A stretch of DNA of 64,000 nucleotides, from NCBI GenBank assembly GCA_002269645.1, contig NIVC01000363.1:248001-312000 (forward strand). The letters run 5' to 3'. The stretch comes from Macrostomum lignano. Its lineage: Eukaryota. Below the pieces are notes generated by a model. That model was given only the letters and a program-made list of their open reading frames with translations. It made no database searches and had not been told where the DNA came from. Positions 52,791 to 64,000 of this stretch are shown here, piece after piece (position 1 is the stretch's first letter; each line of letters starts with the position of its first letter). A program made the position numbers and the translations under genes.

Positions 52791-53479
52791 AAGTCCCAGA
52801 GAGGCGTTATAACAAGGGACAAAAATATTGTGCAAAAAGCGTTGCAAGAGCGGAGCTTACCGAAAAGCTATCTTAACCAAATCCACTAAGAAGTGCTGCA
52901 GTCTCAGCTAATCAATACGGGTCAGTTCAAGCAGCTATTTGCAGTTGCCAAGCTACAGACGACCGATAGCTCGCGTTTACTGGAGACTGCAGTGCTAAGA
53001 AGAACCTCGTCCGCCTCGCAAATGAGAGATTGCTTCGGTCGAGGCTTTTAAAGCTTCATTTTTTTTCTAGAGAGACTCACGTCGCTCTTAATCTCTATCT
53101 CCGTGGAAGAAGGCTCGGGATTGGGCGGTGTCTGTTTGAGCAGATCCACTTACACTACTTAGAGGGTACGGATAGCCGTCTACCGCTTTCACTTCTTCCG
53201 TGCATAGCACTGATCGCTAGGTTTGCTCTATCACACGCTTGGCCTGTTTCTCCGGAAATTATCCCGCTACTCCCTTTTTTTCTAGCAGACGAATGTCTTG
53301 GCTTAAGTCTGCGTTGTCGCTTTAATAATGAAATTACTTTAACTAAATAATCCTGGAACTCTATGGGGCTTTTTAAGTGCCAGTTGACAAGGCTGTTAGA
53401 GATAAGAGTCAGAGATAGCTAGAAGAGACAGAGCAGAGATAAAGAAAGGAGGGGAGGTGGAGGGAGAAAGTAAATAAAG

Positions 53480-54100
53480 AGAGACCAAATCGACAGACAA
53501 GATAGAGAGACGAAAGGGCATACAGAGAAAAAAGAAAGAGAATAGAGAGACAAGAGAGAGAATAGAGAGACAAGAGAGAGAATAGAGAGACAGGAGAGAG
53601 AATAGAGAGACAAGAGAGAAAATAGAGACAGGAGAGAGAATAGAGAGACAGGAGAGAGAATAGAGAGACAGGAGAGAGAATAGAGAGACAGGAGAGAGAA
53701 TAGAGTTACAAGAGAGAGAATAGAGAGACAAGAGAGAGAATAGACAAGAGGGAGAATAGAGAGACAGGAGAGAGAATAGAGAGACAAGAGAGAGGACAGA
53801 GAGACAAGAGAGAGAATAGAGAATAGAGACAGGAGAGAGAATAGAGAATAGAGACAGGAGAGAGAATAGAGACAATAGAGAGAATAGAGAGACAGGAGAG
53901 AGAATAGACAAGAGAGAGAATAGAGAGACAAGAGAGAGAATAGAGAATAGAGACGGGAGAGAGAATAGAGAGACAGGAGAGAGAATAGACAAGAGAGAAT
54001 AGAGAGACAAGAGAGAGAATAGAGAGACAGGAGAGAGAATAGACAAGAGAGAGAACAGAGAGGACAGAGAGATAAGAGAGAATAGCGAGACAAGAGTAAA
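53480..54100. repeat. GA-rich, about 20-bp minisatellite (GAGAGAGAATAGAGAGACAG)
   Basis: Direct observation. Confidence 0.9.
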
Positions 54101-54559
54101 GAAAGGCAAGGGGGAATAAAGACTAATAGACCGCTCGCACGGCAGGCGGTCCAGCGGCCGGTTTCTCATTAGTCGCGAATCCAAACTATGAAAGTTTTTC
54201 ACTCCGTTCGATGGTTCCCTCTTCTTGTTGCAAAACCCTAATGAAACCGCCAGCCGGCGAGCCTATTGCTGGCAATAAAAATAGCTCCTCTATTCGACAC
54301 AATGCTGCTCAGATTGGAGCGCAATCTTCGGGTTGCCATTGGAAACCGGTGTAAATGGAATCCTTGCTAACTAGCTGTTAACAACAGACTCTGCGCCTGG
54401 GGAAGGGCAATCTTGAGACAAGCCCAGGTAACTGTAACGCGATCGAGAGTTGGGCGCTTCTTAAGCCCTTCTTAACAAGAGACTTTAGCCTACCAGTTTG
54501 GGATTCGAGATGCACCTTTCATTAATCATTGCTGAGCCTAGGAGCTCTCCTGCTCCTAG

Positions 54560-54750
54560 GCTCAGACAGACAGACGGAAAGACAGACGGACAGGCAGACA
54601 CAAAGACAGACAGACAGACCCTAAGACAGGCACTAAGACAGACAGACAGACAGACAGACATACAGACAGGCAGACACAAAGACAGACAGACAGACAGACA
54701 GACAGACATACACAGACAGACAGGCAGACAGACAGACGGACAGGCAGACA

Positions 54751-54818
<68 letters not shown>

Positions 54819-55015
54819 GGACAGGCAGACAGACAGACAGGCAGACAGACGGACAGACAGACAGACAGGCAGACACAAAGACAGACAGACAGACACTAAG
54901 ACAGGCACTAAGACAGACAGACATACAGACAGGCAAACACAAAGACAGACAGGCAGACATACAGACAGACAGACAGGCAGACAAACAGACGGACAGGCAG
55001 ACAGACAGGCAGACA

Positions 55016-55067
<52 letters not shown>

Positions 55068-55091
55068 GGACAGCCAGGCAGACAGACAGGC

Positions 55092-55123
<32 letters not shown>

Positions 55124-55345
55124 GGACAGGCAGACAGACAGACAGGCAGACAGACGGACAGACAGACAGACAGGCAGACACAAAGACAGACAGACAGACA
55201 CTAAGACAGGCACTAAGACAGACAGACAGACAGACAGACAGACATACAGACAGGCAGACACAAAGACAGACAGACATACAGACAGACAGACAGGCAGACA
55301 GACAGACGGACAGACAGACAGACAGGCAGACAAGACAGGCAGACA

Positions 55346-55405
<60 letters not shown>

Positions 55406-55499
55406 GGACAGCCAGGCAGACAGACAGGCAGACAGACAGTCAGTCAGTGAGACAGACAGGAAGTGAGTCACAGACAGAAAGACACTAAGACAGACACTA

Positions 55500-55540
<41 letters not shown>

Positions 55541-55541
55541 C

Positions 55542-55603
<62 letters not shown>

Positions 55604-55620
55604 GGAAGTGAGTCACAGAC
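54560..55620. repeat. (GACA)n compound microsatellite
   Basis: Direct observation. Confidence 0.95.
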
Positions 55621-55862
55621 AGACGACAGACAGTCAGTGAGACAGACAGGAAGTGAGTCACAGACAGGAAGTGAGTCACAGCCAGGAAGTGAGTCACAGC
55701 CAGGAAGTGAGTCACAGACAGGAAGTGAGTCACAGCCAGGAAGTGAGTCACAGACAGGAAGTGAGTCACAGCCAGAAAGTGAGTCACAGCCAGGAAGTGA
55801 GTCACAGACAGGAAGTGAGTCACAGACAGGAAGTGAGTCACAGACAGGAAGTGAGTCACAGA
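55605..55862. repeat. 18-bp minisatellite (GTGAGTCACAGACAGGAA)
   Basis: 12 consecutive copies from 55653, plus copies at about 55462 and 55609. Confidence 0.95.
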
Positions 55863-56634
55863 CAGACAGCCCAATGTATACTAAAACAATAAACTAGACT
55901 TAAGAAAACCTTAACAAATATTGAAACGAAAGAACTATTTTAAGAACATTATAATCAGTAAAAGTGGCAGTAACTGAGCTAGGAAGATGACACTGCAGGT
56001 CTGCCTGCCCTACAAGCCCTTCATCGGAACTGAAAGGCCTCCAGGAAAGGAGAGCCCAGACGAAATTGGAAACGAAAGTGTAAGCGCGGCGCACTTCCGG
56101 TTGTTGGTCTTAACTGTAGGTTTATTGCAACGGAAAGGCACCAATTAACATACCCAGGTAGATGGATTATATGTCTTATATAAGAATTGATGAACTTATT
56201 ACGTGATTATAGTACTGGCAAATGTCTTATATTGAAATTCTTGTGCACGTGGCCGAGGAAAATGAACGACCATAACCTCTAGCATAAGCTGTGGCAGACA
56301 GTCCAGGCTGAGCGGATGAACTCCACTATATTTATTTCCTAGATATTCCATCCAGTCTGTCCACTCGACTCTCGTCTTACCATGGCTGATGCCCGATGCA
56401 GCTGCGGATTTTCACTCAAATCCCATGGGATAATCGCCCGGGATCAGAGTGAAAGAGGAGGAATTAAAAAGCCGGACCGCAAAAGGCAGTCAGACAGATG
56501 AGTTGACGCTCCTTCCGATATTCAGTTCGGCATAGCATAGCATTTTTAATAAAAAAATTGTGCGGCAATCAGCCAGGGCTGGGCACTGGGTTGTAAATGC
56601 CATCAGCGAATTGCAAAATAAAAGCACAGACAGC

Positions 56635-57075
56635 CTAGCAACCGGGGATCTGGGAGGCCGGCCCAGCAACCGGGGATCTGGGAGGCTGGCCCAGCAACCG
56701 GGGATCTGGGAGGCTGGCCCAGCAACTGAGGATCTGGGAGGCTGGCCCAGCAACCGGGGATCTGGGAGGCTGGCCCAGCAACTGAGGATCTGGGAGGCTG
56801 GCCCAGCAACTGGGATCTGGGAGGCTGGCTCAGCAACTGGGGATCTGAGAGGCTGGCCCAGCAACTGAGGATTGGAGAGGCCGGCCCAGCAACTGGGATC
56901 TGGGAGGCTGGCTCAGCAACTGGGGATCTGAGAGGCTGGCCCAGCAACTGAGGATTGGAGAGGCCGGCCTAGCAACTAGGGATCTGGGAGGCTGGCTCAG
57001 CAACTGGGGATCTGGGGGGCTGGCCCAGCAACTGGGGATCTGGGAGGCTGGCCCAGCAACTGAGGATCTGGGAGG
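56635..57075. repeat. 28-bp minisatellite (GATCTGGGAGGCTGGCCCAGCAACTGAG variants)
   Basis: 28-bp period. Confidence 0.95.
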
Positions 57076-57598
57076 CGGACGGTGCCATAGTCGTACAAGT
57101 CTTTGGTGCAAAAGACAGAGACACAAGAGTCACAAGACAGGCTTGTATTTTTGTCAAGATGGTCAAGCGACTGAACTCTTCGTGCAGTAAAATATTTAAA
57201 CTATGATGTAATGGTCAATAAACTTTAAGCTTACATTGGCACTTTATATGCACTGACGCGTACAATTTGAGAACTACTAACTCAGAGTTTAATAAAACAA
57301 AACCAATACGATTGATTAATTAAAGCGCTCAACTGCATCCAGACTCAGAGAATTTTGAAAATAACAAAAAACTATAACTAACTAGAATGACTAGAAAAAA
57401 GGAACAAGTAAGCAACTAGCAAAACGCAGGAACGATTTTAGGCTAACAACCACAATTTCGTGAATCGATGCTCTACTAACAGTAGGAGATACCGCAATGT
57501 TTCAATGTTTCTTAAGAATACCTCAGGATCCATATTAAGCTTAAGTCCCCATCAGACTGATCCCACCCCCAACCAGACTGATCCCACCCCCAACCAGA

Positions 57599-59324
57599 TC
57601 AGCCGCCCATGGCACTAGGATCAATTGCCGCAGCCGGGTCGCAGGTGAAGGCTATGGTGAGCGCGAACCTCTGCCCGTTGGTGACCCGCTCAACCCTATG
57701 GGTGTTCTCTGACCCGGACGTGAAGGCTGACACTCGGCCAGTTCGCGGCTCAACAAACGCCGTGGAAGTGCCGTTGGAGTCTAAAAATAGAAACCGACCG
57801 CCGGTGAAATCTGTGCCGTAATTGGCCAGGTAGAGCAGGGACGTGTAGTGAAAGCTGCCGTAGGTGTCCTTGTCCACGTGCGAGTGCCAGTACTCGTCGT
57901 GCTGGGTGCGAGCTTCGGCCGACGTTAATCTGGAGAAGAACGTCGGCTTAGTCAATCGCAACGATTCGGCGTTGGACACTTTGAATGCGGCGGCCACCGC
58001 CAGGCGAATGCGGTTCACCACGCCTGCGTACAGGCGCCGCTCCGATTCGGTGGGCGCGAACCCGCGACCTCCTGAGTGGTTGGGGCGAAATGGTTGAGGG
58101 AAATTTTAGCTGGGCCGTGTAAGTGGGAAACTACATAGAGAGTGGGAAACTACAGGGAGAGTGGGAAACTACAGAGTGGGAAACTACAGAGAGAGTGGGA
58201 AACTACAGGGAGAGTGGGAAACTACAGAGAGAGCAGGAAACTACAGAGAGAGTGGGAAACTACAGGGAGAGTGGGAAACTACAGAGAGAGCAGGAAACTA
58301 CAGAGAGAGTGGGAAACTACAGGGAGAGTGGGAAACTACAGGGAGAGTGGGAAACTACAGGGAGAGTGGGAAACTACAGGGAGAGTGGGAAACTACAGAG
58401 AGAGTGGGAAACTACAGGGAGAGTGGGAAACTACAGGGAGAGTGGGAAACTACAGGGAGAGTGGGAAACTACAGGGAGAGTGGGAAACTACAGAGAGAGC
58501 AGGAAACTACAGAGAGAGTGGGAAACTACAGGGAGAGTGGGAAACTACAGGGAGAGTGGGAAACTACAGAGAGAGCAGGAAACTACAGAGAGAGTGGGAA
58601 ACTACAGGGAGAGTGGGAAACTACAGAGAGTGGGAAACTTCACAGAGTGGGAAACTACAGAGAGAGTGGGAAACTACAGAGAGAGTGGGAAACTACAGAG
58701 AGAGTGGGAAACTACAGGGAGAGTGGGAAACTACAGAGAGAGTGGGAAACTACAGGGAGAGTGGGAAGCTACTAATGGAAGCTACTACAACAATGGCAAG
58801 CAGGAACGCTACTGAAACACAAAAGAAAATAATGGAAAGCAATGTGACTAACCATTTCTGCCGTCCACAGTGTAGACATTAACAAACTTCTGTCCCAGAG
58901 ACAGAGCTCCGGAGTGCAGATCCAGAATGGTGGCCCCACCAGATCCGCCACCCAGAGCGAAGCCTCGCTTGGCCAGTGCCAGCAGGGCCGCAGCCTCAGC
59001 CTCAGTGGCGATGCCGTCATGAACGAATCGACCGCAGCTGGCTGGCAGGCAGTCGGGTCGCAGGCGCCTCAGCTCGGCTGTGTAGGCTTTGGCACACTCG
59101 AACTGCCTTTGAGTTGGTTTAATAAACGACTGATTGGCAGGTGCTAGCACAATTTGTTCATTTCTGATGGTGTCTTTGGCAAAATTTTGGTAGCAAATTC
59201 CAAAACAGATGGCGACAATTGCTACAGCTGCACCTGGCATGAGCCAGGCAGAAATGCTGCTTTTCTTTGTCCCATAGTCAGCATGATTGCCTCTCCTAGA
59301 GGCTTTTGTCTTGGCCTTTGCCAT
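57599..59324 (-). CDS. OGFOD3: 2-oxoglutarate/Fe(II)-dependent oxygenase domain-containing protein 3, about 314 aa; exons 59324-58853 and 58071-57599
   Basis: N-terminal TM segment; GGSGGATILDLHSGALSLGQKFVN, LTKPTFFSRL, HDEYWHSHVDKDTYGSFHYTSLLYL and EPRTGRVSAFTSGSENTHRVERV match OGFOD3 as recalled; HxD...H metal triad; phase-1 GT-AG junction in frame (945 nt). Confidence 0.92.
58122..58770. repeat. 19-bp minisatellite (AGGGAGAGTGGGAAACTAC) filling the OGFOD3 intron
   Basis: Direct observation. Confidence 0.95.
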
Positions 59325-59964
59325 GCAATTTAATGCATCACATATAATGTGACAATACATTGAGATGATAATGGTAGCTTGTACCTTTTGTGAAGGGAAC
59401 TCTAAAGTCCCTGGGGTCAAAGACTTAAGTCTTAAGGGTTAATGCTTATGTTTTCTAAGAAATAGTCTATATTCACTTTAATTAATTAATATGCCCTTTG
59501 CTATTTTTGGCAATAAATGTAGTTGACCAAATTGGCTTAAGGGAAAAATAGTTTGAAGGTAAAACAACAAATTATCATTTTATTTATTTTGTTCACATAT
59601 TTATCTTTTGCAACTTTTCAGCATGGCATACATTTTAAGGAAAATTATTTTTGGCAGACATTGGCATATAGTTTTCTTAAAGCCACTTTTTATTATAGTG
59701 CATAACTTAAGGTCTTTCAGATATATAATATTACCATGTTATGCATATTATTATGAACAAATATCTAGTTATACTCTTAGAATAGACTATGTCCTATGAG
59801 GCTATAAATTAATATTTGTAGTGCAGATTGATTCAGAAATCAAATTTTAATTATGAAGACTTCCAATAGTAGGTCTAATAAATAGGCCAATATAGAGATG
59901 ACATGATATTGATAGGCCTAGGGCTAGTTTGTTCATCCTATGGCTATTCCATAGGCTATGACAG

Positions 59965-61048
59965 TAGAGGTTGCAATCCCAGGATCTTCGGATCTTGAAA
60001 TCCCAAGATTTAGACATTTTTTGGTATTATGGGATCCTAGGATTGGAAGTTGGGATTATGTTGGGATTTGGAATTTAAATATTGAAATGTGAAAAGTGGA
60101 AACTGAGTTATTTAAATCATAAAAAGCAAGATATTAGGCCTATGATTAATTTATGATGGTATGGTACATGTGCATGTGCACTGTGCTGTGCACTATATAG
60201 TGTGCAGTCTAGAAAGACAGCAGGGATAGATAAACTCCAACTGCTGTCGTTGGTCAGACTTAGAGGCAGCACTAGCAGTCAGACCCTGGCTCCTGGGATA
60301 GGCAGAGAAATGAAACTTGCTAAGATAAGCTGGGGTGAGGTCTGGGCTTTGGGTATATGATTGGGTTTGGCTAGGTAGGCTAGAGGGAAATGAGAGCTTT
60401 GTGTATATATATACACCGTAGTGTATGTACACTTTATTGACTTTAACAATCTGCTCTGCCTCTGCATGAGGTGGTGGGTACAAGGAGGCCTGGAGGATGG
60501 ATGGCTACAGGATAAGGCTGGGCCACTGAAGGCCCTTTCCCTGGTTGTATTTTATTCACCCCAAGTTCTTGTTTCTCTTCTCATTTAGATTAAAGTGGAA
60601 CTTGGAAGATCAATAAGTTACTTGATGCTTGATAGATATGATATAGTTGTATAATGTGACTTCTAACTATAAAGACTCTGAACTCAACTCAGAACATTAA
60701 ATCATAAATGTATGATATGATATGGCAGCAATATGGTGCTATTGTTACGCAATGAAAGCTAGTCACTAACATATTTATATCAATCATACAGAAAATAAAA
60801 GCAAAAAGTAAAAACTGTTTATTGGATTGATCAGTTTGTTCTTCTTGAGTTCCTTTATTCATTTTGTAATATTAGGCAAGAACAATTGGGAGCAACAAGC
60901 AAGCTAAATGGTGTTAAAAACTTGAAAATGCATAAATGAGATGCTTGTTTTGTTACCAATATCAGAATTTATGACACAATTGACAAATTGAGGTAAACTG
61001 TGAGGAAATCTCCAATCTCCAATCCAAGCCGGGATTTTGCAACCCCTA
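59965..61048. mobile_element. Non-autonomous hAT element
   Basis: TAGAGGTTGCAATCCCAGG (from 59965) and CGGGATTTTGCAACCCCTA (to 61048) form inverted termini; flanked by the direct repeat ATGACAG(T) at 59958 and 61049; subterminal ATCCCAGGAT-type motifs like those of the 34718 element. Confidence 0.75.
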
Positions 61049-62041
61049 ATGACAGTTAACTAAGTTCATACTCATGTGACATGTACTCATATAGCTAGTT
61101 AGGCCTAGGCATTAGGCCTAGGCCTTTTTAGGCGGCTTAGGCATTAGACCTAAGCCTAGGGCACACTGATTTGAAAAAGCAAAAAACATTCATGGATTCA
61201 TGTAGGCCTAATAATAGTAATACTGTACTGAATAAGCTTAACCTGAACTTGTACAGTTTCGCCTTAAGCTCAATTTATGCGATAGGCCTAGCGGCTTATT
61301 GGGTCTAGGCCTACAGGAGATTTTAATAAGCTCAGTAAATCTTGGATTTCCCTCTAATAATAGCAATATTAATTATTATTACAACTAAAAATTAGCTTCA
61401 AGACCTTTAAACTTAAAACCTTTTGTCCACACGTAGCACTGCGACACGTTCTGATTCAAGTTTTAACATCGTTTTATTGAAGTCATGGTCGGTTCTTTGT
61501 TTAGTACATAGTCACTACGCACGCTTGCCCTATCCCCCTATGTCGGATCGGAACCGACTGGCGATAGCAACTTAACAAAAGGTATCAGGAGCTCGTAGTT
61601 AACAATTATTCATACCAGGCCATTCTTGATTATTCGAGGCTAACTACTATGCTATCCTATGTAATATAACAATTGCCGACAATCTGCAGTTCTAAAATAT
61701 AACATTTTTGCAATATTGTTTGAGAACATTATTGATTGCACAGAAATTAGAGGACTTTCCATGAACTTGCGGACGGGAGTCAAGAGTCAAGACTGAGAAA
61801 CATATAATTGCTTAATTAGCTAAGACTGATCCACACATATTGCAGAGATTTAATGAACGCGTAAAAGTACGTAAAGCTCAGTAAAAGCCGTCCTTGTCAG
61901 CAAAAGCTATAATAGTTCTTTCAGTGGAAAATTTCTTATCTAAATTATACAGTAGATATGCGAAAAATAACTAATAGGCAATGTGTACACATACTGTACA
62001 TGTGCAACAACAACAACAACAACAAATTAAATACATGTACA

Positions 62042-63049
62042 TTCTCAGCCAGTCAAGCATAGGACAAATGTCACAGGGCGCGCTTCCAAGGCCTCGGAGC
62101 GAAATATGTACATGTAGGCCGCAACGCCGCAGTGTCGTGTCCCCGGGCACAGGCATCAGCCATGGCAGACAGTCGTCGAAACGCCTACGAGTGCGCGCCT
62201 GCCTCCGCCGGTAGGGTGCCTGCAGCGTCAGCAGCAGCAGAACCTCCTACACCACGGCTGCGGGCAGAACATGTACATATGGATCGTCTCGGCTCGGATA
62301 TGGCTTGCCTGCAGCTGGAGTTGGCGACGGCGCAACAGTTCGCTAGGACGGAACAGGCCGCGCGGTGTGGCGATAGAATACCGCATTGGGTAACACGCTC
62401 GTAAGCAATCTTGAAAAAAGGCGGCACGCAGCAAGTCAGCGTGCGCCGCATCGACCTGCTGTTTGAGCGCGATTCCGTCAGCGTTCAGGTCTCGGCGTTG
62501 CACAGCAGACGGTCTCGATCACCGACTAGAACAACGCCGCGCGCCCTCTGGCGTGGTTAGACAAGACCTCGGACTGCAGGAAAGCCCTAACGGAGCGGAA
62601 TTAGGCAGGCCAGGCAAGGCCCCGGCGGCGTCGCAGGTCCTCGCGATAGAACGTCAGGCACCAGCAGACCGCCAAGGTAGACAAACTGGTGACAGCGCGG
62701 AAGCCTCGTCACCTGTTTCGTCAGCGCCTCGACGTCAGAAAATTGCAGCCAGCTCGATGTCGTCCGGCACGCAGAGCGGGACGGTCTTCTCTGCGTGTGT
62801 TGACCACCAGGCCGACACTCGCCGCAACGCTTACCAGCGGTCCAGCTGGCGCTGGGCGCCCTCGACGGTCGAGAACAGCAGGGCGAGATCGTCGGCGTAG
62901 CCAAAAGCACGCTGATCCGCGTCGAACCACGCTTCACGGTCGTCGACCGCGTCACCGAGAAAGTCGTCGTCGTCATTGGAGGAAGAGCGATCCGCAGCCC
63001 ATTCAAGCAACCAGGACAAACAGTATAGGAACGGCGTAACATATTTGAT
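62042..63049 (-). mobile_element. 5'-truncated, degenerate non-LTR retrotransposon (RTE-like ORF2 fragment)
   Basis: Minus-strand FGYADDLALL (YADD at 62888-62899), FVYLGG, RRGLAW and VLLCNAET-TLT motifs spread across frames, typical of the C-terminal part of RTE-clade reverse transcriptases; flanked by ATACATGTACA direct repeats. Confidence 0.75.
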
Positions 63050-64000
63050 ATACATGTACATGTAAGTATATCAAATGTACATATATACACATACTCTCCC
63101 ATAGCCTTTGGCAGGACAGTGGACTGGTATTGTACATGTAAGAGCTGAATCTGCTTTATTGATTGACATGTGCATGCCAGTACATACTTTTTATACATGT
63201 ATGTTGCACCATGCATGTATTAGGCTCCCGAAGGACTTACAAGGATTAACTCGTCCATAATTTGCATGTGCTTCACAATTCTCCTCACTGTCTACGAGCT
63301 ATGTAAGTCTTGTAACGAGTACATTTAATAGCATAGCAGCGAATGTTTGTATAGTGCAATTAACAAATAATTAGTAGTCAAACGAATTATGAGATAATGA
63401 ATTAATTACTATGTGACAGGAATATGTAATTACGGCATGATTACATGAACGAAAGAGAAAAAAAACATTTTACGTTGTTAAAAGAAATTAATAATGTTTT
63501 GACGAATTAGTTTGTATTTGAAGTCTTTAAAAAGCGATTACAAGCAAACCGTATTTACATGTAGATACAATCGCGTAAGCACTGAGTATGTGTACATATG
63601 TTCGTGTATATATTAGCGTGTTATATGATATTAAACATTTTGCATAAAACAATTAGTGGAGCCGCATTGAAAAAAGCACACGAAACGAAGAAAAATTATG
63701 ATAAACAATTACTTAAAATTACGCCTGTGATGCTCTGCATTAAAATGTGTGTATTCAAGGTACTCCTAAACAATATGTACATGTAAGTGTCTTGTTTAAA
63801 TTCGAAAACTCAGGAAAATGAAACAAATGAGCCACAACATACGTACTAGGCATGCATTTTAAAAATTATCGTTGCAAGCAGGTGTTGCTTTAAAATCCTC
63901 TATCAAAAGCTCCGGGTGGGCAAAATGAGTAGATTCTCGTAACTCAAAAGGAAATCCTGATTGCTGAAGGCTCAGAAAGTGGAGGGGTCGGGTTCTAACG

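Noticed and set aside
57551-57600. Short duplication (CAGACTGATCCCACCCCCAAC) beside the OGFOD3 stop codon
   Set aside because: Only two copies in the 3' UTR, with no effect on the reading frame.
387-58852. A rule that intronic repeats avoid AG/GT on the sense strand
   Set aside because: True for the MATE intron and some others, but the IWS1, PKG intron 1 and OGFOD3 arrays contain many sense-strand AG and GT dinucleotides.
50713-58882. Repetitive ORFs (ITVSNML, SLFSLL, VCLS, GQPPRS, RVGNYRESGKLQ)
   Set aside because: All coincide exactly with tandem arrays.
62006-62026. (CAA)n as the 3' tail of the retroelement
   Set aside because: It lies outside the putative ATACATGTACA TSD, so it is probably an independent microsatellite.
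1-64000. tRNA, rRNA or snRNA genes
   Set aside because: No cloverleaf with A/B boxes and no rRNA or snRNA motif recognised by eye; a covariance-model search (tRNAscan-SE, Infernal/Rfam) would be needed to exclude them.

Overview
Eukaryotic, repeat-rich animal genomic DNA. GC-rich exons, GT-AG introns packed with intron-specific minisatellites and AT-rich intergenic DNA resemble a flatworm such as Macrostomum, but the organism is an inference. Five protein-coding genes were reconstructed by hand with consistent splice phases: (1) the 3' end of a MATE/SLC47 transporter (+, runs off the window start); (2) IWS1/Spn1 (-, 3 coding exons, about 785 aa), whose first coding intron (7759-20172, 12.4 kb) is almost entirely a 20-bp satellite with a 165-bp higher-order repeat; (3) a 7-exon, about 677-aa protein with Q-rich stretches, an AT-hook and degenerate IkappaB-like ankyrin repeats (+); (4) cGMP-dependent protein kinase (-, 16 exons, about 775 aa); (5) OGFOD3 (-, 2 exons, about 314 aa). 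There is also a 92-aa intronless orphan ORF, two hAT elements with TIRs and TSDs, a Harbinger-like remnant, an RTE-like retroelement fragment, a MITE-like hairpin and more than 20 distinct tandem arrays. Most long ORFs in the supplied track are artefacts of these arrays. No rRNA, tRNA or CRISPR array was found. All calls come from reading the sequence and remembered family motifs; no database search was run.
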